DNA of 64,000 bases from Eledone cirrhosa (lineage: Eukaryota): contig OZ024750.1 of NCBI GenBank assembly GCA_964016885.1, positions 7,688,001 through 7,752,000 on the forward strand, read 5' to 3'. The notes below the pieces were generated by a model. It was not told the origin of the DNA. It did not search any database and saw only the letters and a list, made by a program, of their open reading frames with translations. Below, piece by piece: positions 11,942 through 26,378 of this stretch. Numbering within the stretch: the stretch's first letter is position 1; each line of letters begins with the position of its first letter. A program made the position numbers and the translations under genes.

Positions 11942-14099
11942 GTGATCGATGTTAGAATTCATTAATGTTTTCTCCTTATTACGACGCGGATACTGATGGA
12001 AGACTCGTTAGAGAGGCAGACGAAATGTCTCGTGTTTTTTATTTGACCCCTTTATTATGGGTTCAAGTTTTGTGATCGACGGTGGATTTAATTCTCAAGG
12101 GCTCTAATTATATCGACTATTAGACCCCTTCCCATGAATAATTCCACATTCCTTGTCAATACAAAATGAAAGTATACATTATTTCTTTTTAATTCTTTCC
12201 ATAAAATTATTTTTTTTTATACGAGTGGGGTTTCATTCCATATGGGAGAAAATCCGACAAATCCTCTCTAAGGCATTTTTACTAATTGCTGAGGTGGGTA
12301 AAGTCTGGTACTCATTATATCTCTTCTTCGCCAACACCAGTAACACCAAGATGACCAAAAGGGATTTCAACATAAACAGAAACCATATATATTCCTGCTA
12401 GTGTTGGAAATATTGCAGACTTTGATCGATGAGAGAAAGCTTGTATAGCTTTAAATAGAGCCATACATTCTGAAAACTGTCGGCAATATTATGAAATATT
12501 TCCCTTCAATGATATTCATCACTGAAAAGGGATCGCTTTATAAATATTTGTTTAATTACTGCCAAGGCTGACTATAAAACGATCTCTATAAATGTGAATT
12601 TGTACTCAATGTAAAGAATAATTACTATAAAATATTTGAAAGCTGGAGAATGGAAGTAAACTATAGTTTAATATATATTGTCTTGGCGACTGCATTTTAC
12701 TTCACTAATACCAACTTTATCTATGTATAAAAAAAATCCGCTCTGCAATAAATTCAACAAGTTAATGTTTAAATAAGTAATCCATTGTGATTATGTGTGT
12801 AGTGTGGATGGTAAGTGGTGAAGCTTCTTATCAATTAATTCAGGTTATGGTTCAGTTTCAATTTCAAGTTTTATCCATTTAACTTACTTTCCATTCTAAA
12901 TATATTTATCTTAGGCAACGATTTGGCAGATTTGTTAGAATGTCGGATAGAATGGTTTGCTGTATTCTTTTCGACTCTCTGCTCCATGCAAAGTCAATAA
13001 AAATGTACCAGTCAAATACTGGTATCGATTCTTCCTTTATTCTCCTTTCTTACTTCCTTTCTCCCACTCTCCCTCCTTCTCTGGAAAAAATCTGATGTAT
13101 TCAGACCTGGAGAGGATTGGACACTGGCAGAATGTGCATTGTGTTATTTGGTTTTAACGATTAGGTTGTGATTTATAGGTATATAGATCGTATAGAAACT
13201 TTGTTAGGACATCATGTCGTCTGGACTAAATGTCTTACGTTATACAAGTTCAATTTACCATTATGAAATATAATGGATTGGAAGAATCGTTAGGGCGTCG
13301 TTACTTGTAGTATCTATCCCGACTCTTTTACGTCTAGAGTTCAGATCCCAGAGTAATCAATTTTGTTAGATGGAAAATGATTGGAAGTCGTCAGATAAAT
13401 TATACTCATAATTAAATGGTCAGTATTGTCAAACATTACATCACCCTGAATATTAATGAGAGCTATACTAAGGATTCACGTGTCTGTGGAATTCTCAGCC
13501 ACTTAGGGATGTTATATTTAGGTAAAGGCTGTTCTGTTGATAAAAAAAACTGACACATCTTTGAAATCGATAGAACTACAACCGTCTAAATTTAACGATT
13601 CCTCGACGTCGACCCCACAAAATAAGGCAATGAAATTCCTTTACGTTTTTAAAAATATTTCGTTAGCAGTATATATGTCTCATACGAATTACTTTATAGC
13701 TTCGTGCTATATATACTTTTATACTTCTTAAGAGATCATTAATATATCTTACACATTATTACTTATAAATTATTTTTGACACCTTAGTAGAAGTATTAAT
13801 GTATGTTTTCACTATTAATGTAAATTTGTTTTTAAAATGTATTTTCTTCTTCTACTTCAATTAATTACTTGAATGGCGACTTTCCAAGCGTTTTTAAAAA
13901 ATATATCTTTTTAATATATCTTTTTAAAATTCGTGATCAAATCTATTGATAATGGCACTTGTACAATTCAATAAAATGAAGTGTATCAAAGAGAAATTCC
14001 TTCATGCGTGTTTTGTCATCGGCAATATACTATGGATACAGCTACATACCTTAACTCATGCTGGCTGTGTTTATATATACATACATACATACATACATA

Positions 14100-14405
14100 T
14101 TAGAAAGTGGGGATTTCTTTACAACATGAAAAATAACCGAGGTGTCCTACACGAGTGAAAGTATAAGGAAAAAAGATGAAATCGAAAATGCAACTGGAGA
14201 CTTATTTAAAAAAAAATATTTATTTGGTTCCTTTACCGGTTTCGCAGTTCTTCTCTCACAGATGTGAGAAAAACCACAGACCCTCCATCTCAACCCTACT
14301 TTTGAAAAGCAGAAGAACTGCGAAACTGGTAAAGGAACCAAATAAATATATATATATATTTTTTTAAAATAAAACTCCAGTTGCATTTTCGATTTCATCT
14401 TTTTT

Positions 14406-14412
<7 letters not shown>
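14100..14412. mobile_element. Fold-back hammerhead-like element, family C
   Basis: Arms 14162-14253 and 14311-14412. Core CTT-TTGAAAA-GCAG-AAGAA-CTGC-GAAACYGGTA-AAGG at 14298-14335. Second copy at 35756-35940. Confidence 0.75.
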
Positions 14413-14466
<54 letters not shown>

Positions 14467-14478
14467 GTACACATATAC

Positions 14479-14676
14479 ACGAGGTTCAGCTGAAAATTTC
14501 ATAGGCTGACCAAGATACTCGCATAGAATAACCAAATGATGATTATTTTTCAACATAGTCCCTGGAAAGAAACAATCCAGTTATTTATAAAAATAATTGA
14601 AATTAATGCATGCAAGATTTCACAGCTCTACCATCAATCCTTCATAGTCAGCCTATGAACATTTCATCCTACTCCC

Positions 14677-14678
<2 letters not shown>
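14479..14678. mobile_element. Tc1/mariner-like MITE
   Basis: Imperfect ~30-bp TIRs (ACGAGG...TGAAAATTTCATAGGCTGAC / GTCAGCCTATGAACATTTCA...CCCGT) in TA context. Confidence 0.6.
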
Positions 14679-14720
<42 letters not shown>

Positions 14721-14723
14721 GTA

Positions 14724-14851
14724 CATCAGGATAGAATCAGCTTGAAACTGGTTAAACCATTGCTCAACAGAGTACTCGATGCATGGGGTAGTAGAGTCTA
14801 GAATTGGCTGTTGAAACGGCTTGCGCTCAGCCGTCGGGTCCCGACACTTTA
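14724..14851 (+). mobile_element. Family A element (inverted tail + 3' half of hammerhead)
   Basis: GAAACGGC...GCCGTC-GGG motif and reverse-complemented GAGTACTCGAT tail shared with 29022, 29635, 34596, 35988, 50840 and 56910; flanked by (TA)n. Confidence 0.65.
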
Positions 14852-14856
14852 TCATA

Positions 14857-14899
<43 letters not shown>

Positions 14900-14907
14900 A
14901 TATGTGC

Positions 14908-14954
<47 letters not shown>

Positions 14955-15424
14955 CTATATCTTTAATTATATAATAGGAACAGAATGAACAGGAGACAGG
15001 GATTCATAAAACTACGTTTTCATTTGCCAAGTGTTGCTTGTGAAAAATAATACAAAAGCAAAATGGCTTATATTTACCATTTCACTTTATCAAATATCTC
15101 TCGAAGCAAATGGATTGTACAATTTCAGTTGCCATACCAAGATATATGGTTTACTTCAGCGCGTATTCGCACGTAACTAATGACGTCAATGAACTATTTT
15201 TCTCTCACGGTCTTTTGTTAGTGATATTTTTCATTTAGAAATTTGTCAAATTATTCTAAAATATTTTTCATATTTGTACCGTTAAGGTTTTTCAATACGG
15301 TTATAGAAAACATATTATTCTGGTACATACATGCATACATAGATATATATTAAAATACATTAGTTTAGTGTAGTTCCGTGCGTGTGTGTGCGTCTATATA
15401 TATATTTACCTTTTTTTTTAATCC

Positions 15425-15560
15425 CAGGGCTTTCCTTATGATTTCTTTCGAATGAAACTGTTCTAGTCCTGTAGAAGCCATTTCTATATTAAAAATTATA
15501 CTCTGCTATGTATTGAGTACTTAACTTACTGTGGTTACCCCCGATTGAACCCGGGATACA
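15425..15560 (+). mobile_element. Family B element (core + tail)
   Basis: CTTATGA-TTTC..GAAT-GAAACTGTTCTAGTC, then tail ACTTACTGTGGTTACC..CCGATTGAACCCGGG. Confidence 0.7.
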
Positions 15561-16340
15561 CATCTCTCTCTCTACACACACACACTCAAGTAACTGCACT
15601 AAACTAATATATTTTAATATATATTGTAGTGCACTTAAGCACTGTACACAATAATTTCATCATTATTATTATATCTCTGTATATATATATGGATGCTTTA
15701 AAATGTGTTAGTTTAGTGCAGTTAATTGTATATACACATATATTTAGTCGCAAATTAAATGTATCCATTTTATATTTTATAAAATGAAATACAATTGTTA
15801 ATGTGAATAGACTCCTAAAACTATAGTTATTACTATTGATGTGTTGAACAACTGTAGAACAAAATATTAATATTGAATTCATTTAAAGTCGATAGAAAAG
15901 AAATGTTATTTTCAGTCGTTTTCTCATCATTATACAACAAAATGGCGAAGTCGTTAGTGTGCAGAACTAAATATATCGTGATATTTATTTCAGCTCTCAT
16001 ATTCCAGAGTTCAAATGTGGTTTCAGTTCTCTTTGCCTTCATCATTTCATTGTCGCTAAAATAGAATATCAGTTCTCTTTGTCTTTATCATTTCTACGTT
16101 GCGTTCTAAGTTTCATCTCCACTCTGCCATCGTCTAGGGTCGATAAAACCATCTACCAGTGAAATGTAGTACTAATTATATTAACAATATAACTCACCAC
16201 TTAGTAAATTCGTGCCTTTGTCATGGGAAATAGATATTTTTATTATCCAAGTATTTTAATAATATTTGTAACATCTTCATTAAGGAATCATTAACTTATA
16301 ATTAAGAATCAAAACAATTTGTGAAATAAATTGATTTGTT

Positions 16341-16683
16341 TTTCTTCTTCTTCTTCTTATCCTTCTTCTCCTTCTCCTTCTTCTTCTTCTTCTTCTTTTC
16401 CCTCTTCTTCTTCTTCTTCTTTTCCCTCTTCTTCTTCTTCTTCTTCTTTTCCCTCTTCTTCTTCTTCTTCTTCTTTTCCCTCTTCTTCTTTTCCTTCTTC
16501 TTCTTCTTCTTCTTCTTCTTCTTCTTCTTCTTCTTCTTTTCCTTCTTCTTCTTCTTCTTCTTTTCCTTCTTCTTCTTCTTCTTCTTTTCACTCTTCTTCT
16601 TCTTCTTCTTCTTTTCACTCTTCTTCTTCTTCTTCTTCTTCTTTTCCTCCTCTTCTTCTTCTTCCTCTTCTCCCTCTTCTTCT
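16341..16683. repeat. (TTC)n polypyrimidine tract
   Basis: Directly visible. Confidence 0.97.
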
Positions 16684-17700
16684 AGATTAACATATTCAAC
16701 AAGGACGATTCTATATTGGTTTCATTCATCACATAGATTTTGTATAATTACTGTAATCTGATCCATAGACACAACGTTTTGAAATTTAACCCAGATTGTT
16801 GTATATGAACGTGAATGTATACATGTATTTATGTTCTTACGTTATATATAGCGATAGATACATATATGCATGAGCATACGTATATTAGAGTGTGCAGAAG
16901 TTATACACACAGTATGTATATGCATGGATATGTATTTGTATATATTGGTGTGTGCGTACGAATGAATATGTACAGTGTACCAAATATATCTATCTTATCT
17001 CTCTCTCTCTGTATGTATGTATGTATATATATATATATGATAGTATTGAAGTTTGCTTGAAGCATTGTAGAATAATAAGATTTTTTTGGGGTCGTTTTGG
17101 AAGCCTCAACAGTGCAGATGGGTAAATCTCCGGGTAATAGAATCCGGTGGTGAAGAGATAGATATAAGGGAATGTAGAATGAGATGTATAGTGTGTAGAG
17201 GAACGTAGGGAAGAGCGCAAAATAATAAAAATAATAACACGAGATAGAGTTACCTTGAGAGAGATTTAATTGTCCCTATATTTCGGATTCGCATCCATCA
17301 ACTGGAGGGTTTTCCGGGGGGGGGGGGTTATCTGTCGGAGAGGAACGGTACGTGGGTTATGTTGTCTACTGTTTGTGTGTATATATATATATATATACTG
17401 GTTTTATATGTGTGCTTGCATGGATATGTATTTGCATATATTGGTGTGTGCATATATTGGTGCGTGTGCATACGAATGAATGTGTGAGCGTGTATGTACG
17501 TGTTAAAGGATTTGGGAAAAGTATTCATATAGAGTTTGGATTGTCCTCTTGATTTAGTTGCACAGATGCATTAAAACTGAGTTGAATATAGAATAGGACA
17601 ATTGTTAATCAAACTAATTCCTCAGTCGGATCATATTCCATATGAGAGCAATTATCAGTTTTGAAAGAAGTCAAACGTCTGAGTGCCAGCACGTGTGTGC

Positions 17701-17705
17701 GTATG

Positions 17706-17752
<47 letters not shown>

Positions 17753-17915
17753 CTATTTCGTTACATACCTACGTAGGTATGTATTTGTATGCATGTCTCT
17801 CTGTCTCTCTGTCTGTCTGTCTCTCTCTCTTTCTCTCTCTCTATATATATGTGTATGTGTGTGTGTCTGTGTATGTATGTATGTATGTATGTATATGTAT
17901 GTATATATATGTATG

Positions 17916-17954
<39 letters not shown>

Positions 17955-18079
17955 GTATATTTATGTATGTATGTATATATATATGTATGTATATGTATGT
18001 ATGTATATATATATATGTATGTATGTATATGTATGTATGTATATATATATATGTATGTATATATATATATGTATGTATG

Positions 18080-18112
<33 letters not shown>

Positions 18113-18123
18113 ATGTATATATG

Positions 18124-18155
<32 letters not shown>

Positions 18156-18215
18156 TATATATATATGTATGTATGTATATATATGTATGTATGTATATAT
18201 ATATATGTATGTAAG

Positions 18216-18248
<33 letters not shown>

Positions 18249-18260
18249 ATATATATGTAT
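17701..18260. repeat. (TA)n/(TATG)n compound microsatellite
   Basis: Directly visible. Confidence 0.95.
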
Positions 18261-18720
18261 GTCAAAAGGCAAAGGAGCTCTTAAGAGTCAATGGCCATCC
18301 AAAATCACCGGGAGAGATGACCCCTTAGCCTTTGTCAAGGCAGAATTCTAGGAGAAGGAAAACTCTGATATAACACCTGCAACCCTGATGGTATCCAATG
18401 ATGTTGACTTGTTCTTCTTTTTGGTAAATATCATCTTGGTTAAGAGAGTGGGACTGGCTTTGTGCAGTGCCTTTGCTCACTATAAAAGCTTCACGGCACA
18501 GGCATTGCTTTATATCTGGAGATCTCTCTGCATTTGTCGTCACATGGTACCATGGGCCCAGCACTATGTGTCAATAATTGTCACAAGTGTAGTGTTTGTA
18601 CCAGAGCTTTCGAGTCGCTGGCTGGACTGGAAAGTCACACTCGTTCAGCGCATCAGTAGGGGTTCTCCTACATGGATATAAAGTAGTGGCCGTACTCGAA
18701 AACGAGTTGGCAGCCACCAT
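18261..18720 (+). mobile_element. Young non-autonomous retroposon copy (RTE-like), 5'-truncated, in (TATG)n
   Basis: Near-identical to the reverse complement of 46621-47078. Shared 3' end with hairpin ACTCG-AAAA-CGAGT, then (TATG)n. Confidence 0.8.
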
Positions 18721-19418
18721 ATATGTATGTATGTATATATATATGTATGTATGTATGTATATATATATGTATGTATGTATGTATGTATATATATATGTAT
18801 GTATGTATATATATATGTATGTATGTATATATATATGTATGTATGTATGTATATATATATGTATGTATGTATGTATATATATATGTATGTATGTATATAT
18901 ATATGTATGTATGTATATATGTATGTATGTATGTATATATATATGTATGTATGTATATATGTATGTATGTATGTATATATATATGTATGTATGTATATAT
19001 ATATGTATGTATGTATATATATATGTATGTATGTATATATATATGTATGTATGTATATATATATGTATGTATGTATGTGTATATATATGTATATGTATGT
19101 GTATATATATGTATATGTATGTGTATATATATATGTGTATATGTATATATATATGTGTATATGTATATATATATGTGTATATGTATATATATATGTGTAT
19201 ATATATGTATGTGTATATATATGTATGTGTATATATATATATGTATGTGTATATATATATATGTATGTGTATATATATATGTATGTGTATATATATATAT
19301 ATGTATGTGTATATATATATATATGTATGTGTATATATATATATATGTATGTGTATATATATATGTATGTGTATATGTATATATATATATGTATATATAT
19401 ATATGTATGTGTATATGT

Positions 19419-19450
<32 letters not shown>

Positions 19451-19727
19451 GTATGTGTATATGTATATATATGTATATGTATATATATATATATGTATGT
19501 GTATATGTATATGTATGTGTATATGTATATGTATATGTATATATGTATATGTATATATATATATGTATATGTATATATGTATGTGTATATGTATATATAT
19601 ATGTATGTGTATATGTATATATATATATATGTATGTGTATATGTATATGTATGTGTATATGTATATGTATGTGTATATGTATATGTATATATATATATGT
19701 AAATGTATATATATATATATGTATATG

Positions 19728-19758
<31 letters not shown>

Positions 19759-21209
19759 GTATATGTATATATATATGTATATGTATATGTATATGTATGT
19801 GTATATGTATATATATATGTATATGTATGTGTATATGTATATATATATGTATATGTATATGTATATATATATATATATGTATGTGTATATGTATATATAT
19901 ATATATATGTATGTGTATATGTATATATATATATATATGTATGTGTATATGTATATATATATATATATGTATGTGTATATGTATATATATATATATATGT
20001 ATGTGTATATGTATATATATATATATATATGTATGTGTATATGTATATATATATATATATATGTATGTGTATATGTATATATATATATATATGTATGTGT
20101 ATATGTATATATATATATATATGTATATGTATATATATATGTATGTGTATATGTATATATATATGTATGTGTATATGTATATATATATATATATGTATGT
20201 GTATATGTATATATATATATATATGTATATGTATATATATATGTATGTGTATATGTATATATATATGTATGTGTATATGTATATATATATGTATGTGTAT
20301 ATGTATATATATATGTATGTGTATATGTATATGTATGTGTATATGTATATATATATATATGTATGTGTATATGTATATGTATGTGTATATGTATATATAT
20401 ATATATGTATGTGTATATGTATATATATATGTATGTGTATATGTATATATATATATATGTATGTGTATATATATGTATATATATATATGTATGTGTATAT
20501 GTATATATATATGTATGTGTATATATATGTATATGTATATATATATGTATGTGTATATGTATATATATATGTATGTGTATATATATGTATATGTATATAT
20601 ATATGTATGTGTATATGTATATATATGTATGTGTATATGTATATATATATATATGTATGTGTATATGTATATATATATATATGTGTATATGTATATATAT
20701 ATATATATGTATGTGTATATATATATATATATATGTATGTGTATATATATATATATATGTATGTGTATATATATATATATATGTATGTGTATATATATAT
20801 ATATATGTATGTGTATATATATATATATATGTATGTGTATATATATATATATATGTATGTGTATATGTATATATATATGTATGTGTATATATATATATAT
20901 ATGTATGTGTATATATATATATATATGTATGTGTATATGTATATATATATGTATGTGTATATGTATATATATATGTATGTGTATATGTATATATATATGT
21001 ATGTGTATATGTATATATATATGTATGTGTATATGTATATATATATGTATGTGTATATGTATATATATATGTATGTGTATATGTATATATATATGTATGT
21101 GTATATGTATATATATATGTATGTGTATATGTATATATATATGTATGTGTGTGTATATATATATATATGTATGTGTATATGTATATATATATATATGTAT
21201 GTGTATATG

Positions 21210-21240
<31 letters not shown>

Positions 21241-21253
21241 GTATGTGTATATG

Positions 21254-21284
<31 letters not shown>

Positions 21285-23422
21285 GTATGTGTATATGTAT
21301 ATATATATATATGTATGTGTATATGTATATATATATATATGTATGTGTATATGTATATATATATATATGTATGTGTATATGTATATATATATATATGTAT
21401 GTGTAAATATGTATGTGTATATGTATATATATGTATGTGTATATGTATATATATATGTATGTGTATATGTATATATATATATGTGTGTGTATATATATAT
21501 ATGTATGTGTATATGTATATATATATATGTATATATATATATGTGTATATGTATATATATATATGTATGTATATATATGTGTATATGTATATATATATAT
21601 ATGTGTATATGTATATATATATATGTATATATATATATGTGTATATGTATATATATATATGTATATATATATATGTATATATATATATGTGTGTGTATAT
21701 ATATATATGTATGTGTATATATATATATGTGTATATGTATATATATATATGTATATATATATATGTGTATATGTATATATATATATGTATATATATATAT
21801 GTGTATATGTATATATATATATGTATGTATATATATGTGTATATGTATATATATATATGTGTATATGTATATATATATATGTATATATATATATATGTGT
21901 ATATGTATTTATATATATGTATATATATATATGTGTATATGTATATATATATATGTATATATATATATGTGTATATGTATATATATATATGTATATATAT
22001 ATATGTGTATATGTATATATATATATATGTATATATATATGTGTATATGTATATATATATATATGTATATATATATGTGTATATATATATGTGTATATAT
22101 ATATGTGTATATATATGTGTATATATATATGTGTATATGTATATATATATATGTGTATATGTATATATATATATGTGTATATGTATATATATATATGTGT
22201 ATATATATATGTGTATATGTATATATATATATGTGTATATGTATATATATATATGTGTATATATATATGTGTATATATATATGTGTATATGTGTATATAT
22301 ATATGTGTATATGTATATATATATATGTGTATATATATATATGTGTATATGTATATATATATATATATGTGTATATGTATATATATATATATATGTGTAT
22401 ATGTATATATATATATGTGTATATATATATGTGTATATGTGTATATATATATGTGTATATGTGTATATATATATGTGTATATATATATATGTGTATATGT
22501 ATATGTGTATATATATATGTGTATATATATATGTGTATATGTGTATATATATATGTGTATATGTGTATATATATATGTGTATATGTGTATATATATATAT
22601 GTGTATATATATGTGTATATGTGTATATATATATATGTGTATGTGTATATATATATGTATATGTATGTGTGTATATATGTATGTATATATATATATGTGT
22701 ATATGTATGTATATATATATATGTGTATATGTATGTATATATATATATGTGTATATGTATGTATATGTATATATGTATGTATATGTATATATATATGTGG
22801 ATATGTATGTATATGTATATATATATGTGGATATGTATGTATATGTATATATATATGTGGATATGTATGTATATGTATATATATATGTGGATATGTATGT
22901 ATATGTATATATATATGTGGATATGTATGTATATGTATATATATATGTGGATATGTATGTATATGTATATATATATGTGGATATGTATGTATATGTATAT
23001 ATATATGTGGATATGTATGTATATGTGTATATATATATGTGGATATGTATGTATATGTATATATATATGTGGATATGTATGTATATGTATATATATATGT
23101 GGATATGTATGTATATGTATATATATATGTGGATATGTATGTATATGTATATATATATATGTGGATATGTATGTATATGTATATATATATGTGGATATGT
23201 ATGTATATGTATATATATATGTGGATATGTATGTATATGTATATATATATGTGGATATGTATGTATATATATATGTATGTATATGTATATATATATGTGG
23301 ATATGTATGTATATATATATGTATGTATATATATATATATATTTGTATATATATGCATATGTGTATATGTATGTATATATATATATATTTGTATATAATA
23401 TATGCATATGTGTGTATGTGTA

Positions 23423-23453
<31 letters not shown>

Positions 23454-23468
23454 GCATATGTGTGTATC

Positions 23469-23506
<38 letters not shown>

Positions 23507-23695
23507 ATATATGCATATGTGTATATGTATGTATATATATCTATATATGTAAGTATACAATATATATGTATATAATATATGCATATGTGTATATGTATGT
23601 ATATATATCTATATATGTAAGTATACAATATATATATATATATATATGCGTGTGTGTGTCTGTATGTGTGGTTGTGTATGTATGTATGTATGTAA
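18721..23695. repeat. ~5 kb complex (TA)/(TG)/(TATG) satellite with nested higher-order units
   Basis: Directly visible; e.g. a 30-bp unit ATATGTATGTATATGTATATATATATGTGG around 22770-23300. Confidence 0.97.
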
Positions 23696-23954
23696 TATAT
23701 GTATTGTCTACTTCGAGAGATAGTCGATATAATGTATGGCAAGATTATAAATAAAAGAAACGAAGGGGAGAAAGTGGGAAAAAGTGAAAAGAAATGGAGT
23801 AATAAGGATAATAGCATCTTGAGATTTCCTTTGTCCTTTTCACTATTATCTGCTCTTTAAATCTCATGAAAATATATTGTCCTTGGGAAGGAATTAAGAT
23901 GATGATCTCATTTATAAAGTATCAGAAATCATTATTAATCATATACAAGGCAAT

Positions 23955-24172
23955 AGATTGGCAGAATCGGTAGAGCATCGGACGCTATGCTTCTGCAATA
24001 TAGAGTAACATGCCTTTTCGTTCTGATTTCAAATTCCGTCGAGGTTAAGTTTGCCTTTCAACCCTTACGGGGTCGATAAAAAAAGCACCAGTAATGTACT
24101 GGGGTCGATTTAGTCGACTTTCCCTCTTCTCCCAAAATTACTGGCCTTGTGTCTATATCAGGAACCATTATT
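23955..24172 (+). mobile_element. tRNA-derived SINE (long subtype)
   Basis: A box, degenerate B box, internal GTCGATTTAGTCGAC segment and tail. Confidence 0.88.
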
Positions 24173-26184
24173 AAGTATTACGTTATCCGACTTGCAATTT
24201 TAAGTCCTTGATTTCAAATCAACTGCAACATTTATCATTTCCTTCCTTCCAAGTGAACGCTTATTTCTCTATATCACAGTACAGATACCAATACCAAATA
24301 TATACCAAGCATTAGACCTGTAACTAGACTCAAGGTGGATATTTCTGTTTTATCTGATTAACGCAATTGAAGCTAGATTAAACTCAAGCTTTATCAGCCA
24401 AAATAGTTTCAGCGAGGATTATCTTAAATTACTCTCCTGTACAGATCATTTATATTCAAGTCTAGTTTATTAGTAACAGCATCACACGTCATCTGTCATC
24501 TTTAAAATAAATGACATGGTCTGAACGTGGAAGAGCCGAACTCCCACTGCTATCGCCTCCATCTCTCCGTATGGTGAGAAAATGGGAACCTACGTGCTGG
24601 TCTCTCCATAGCCCCGGCGGACAGAATAGAGAAGGCGTTTCCCCGGAGGATGGTAAGGGAGATTGTGTGTATTTGTGATATTTCGTTGACAAATATTTAC
24701 ATAATGGCCCAAACGGTGAAGTAGCTGAGTTGTCTGACGAAATAGTTTGTGATACGTATTTCGACCTTATTCTTCTAAGTTGAAATCACAGCGATGTTAT
24801 CTTTGCCTTTCTTCTTTTCATGTTTTATAAATATGGTAGTGGCTTGGTAGATTTATATTTATTCTGGATCTTTTCCACCAGTTTAAATACCACCATGACC
24901 AACTAAGGTATGAGATTTGTTGTACTAATTCTGATTAGATCTCCAACTTTAGGATATATTTCACCCACCTATCAATAATTTGAAAGGGTCAGGAGCAAGA
25001 CAATGCTCTTTCTTCAGACTAAGTGGTGGAAATATTTCTTTTCTTTCAGTTGTTTCAGAAGAAATAAAATCACTCCAGTAACTTTATTATGGAGCAGCGT
25101 CTAAAATAACTAATTATTTCTTTTTATGTTCAAGTTATAAAACAGTCTATATCTTTTTCTTTATACTTCTACTAATAAGTAGAATAAGAACCAGTTAAGT
25201 AATGAGATCGATGAAAGACATGGTAGATGTATAAGAGATTATAATAGAAGACTACACAATTTCCGCAACTATGGGATGGTTCAACAATTGTTATTATTAG
25301 AAAAGAAATAATGATTATGAAATAAAGAAATAATTATATTTATTGATACAATCGTCTTTTTCCTTCCCCATGAAAAGCCACTGTTTGGCTGCGAGGCAGA
25401 CAAAAGGCAGATGAGACCGAGATGGCCCAGGGAAAACTCAATTGTTGTGCATGCTGAACTGCCCATATTAGGTTCCCGGTCCACGTTAATTTCCAATAAT
25501 TCACGAAAAACTTCAAGAATAAGGGCCCCCTGCTGGAAAAGGTGGTTAAAGGAAGACCTGTAGTGCAAAGCCAAACGTTGACCGGTGATTGCAGCAATGA
25601 TAATATATATATTTTAACGTTTGAGATAATATCAAAACAGTCTTATGCTCCAGACGTTAACCATTCATTGAAAGATAGGATAAGAGATAGAAAGAAATAA
25701 AGTAAATTAGGAGGAAATAAATGTCGCCAGCCATTATACGGGTGTGTTAGTGTGTGTATGTATGCATTTATGTATGTGCCTATGCTCAATAAAAAAAAAA
25801 TATATATATATCACTTGCCAAGTATTATATATAATATAATATATTTTAAGTCGGGTTTAGAAAAATATATATATATTTTCAAAAATCCTTTTATGTTTTC
25901 TTTATTTTTAAACTATTAGAGTATTTCTTCATAGCGAGATTTCATTTCATATTCTGTCTACTTATTTTACTCTAACAGTTATGTATTTTTTAAATGAGTA
26001 AAAAGAAAAACATTGCAAGTAAAATAAACAAAAACGAATACTACAAACGTCGACAGAATATATTATAAATATTAATGGAGTATCAAATGACAAGACCAGT
26101 CACAAAATAAAGCGTCTGAAATATCGTCAGGATTCGTTCATTTGATATAAATTAATAGATAGATACGTACATAGGCCACGCACG

Positions 26185-26378
26185 GTTTCTTATATAGGCA
26201 CAAGGCCACAAATTTGGGGGGAGGAGAAAGTCGATTAAATCGACCCCAGCGCGTGTCTGGTACTTTATTTTATCGTAAGGATGAAAGGAAAAGTTAACCT
26301 CGGCGGGATTTGAACTCAGATCATAAAGGGCCGTAACTCTATACTGCCTCCGACGCTCTACCGATACTGCCAAACCAC
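26185..26378 (-). mobile_element. tRNA-derived SINE (long subtype)
   Basis: Homology to the other copies. Confidence 0.88.

Noticed and set aside
4625-12475. Possible exons at ~4625-4750, 7457-7580, 10661-10790 and 12300-12470
   Set aside because: Splice-like signals exist, but I could not join them into a consistent frame or recognise any homology
16280-16761. Poly-Arg protamine-like / poly-Ser ORFs
   Set aside because: (TTC)n microsatellite
17661-23817. Very long ORFs (up to 1748 aa) of Y/I/H/T or M/Y/V/C
   Set aside because: Translations of a TA/TG satellite, open in almost all frames because stop codons rarely occur in such repeats
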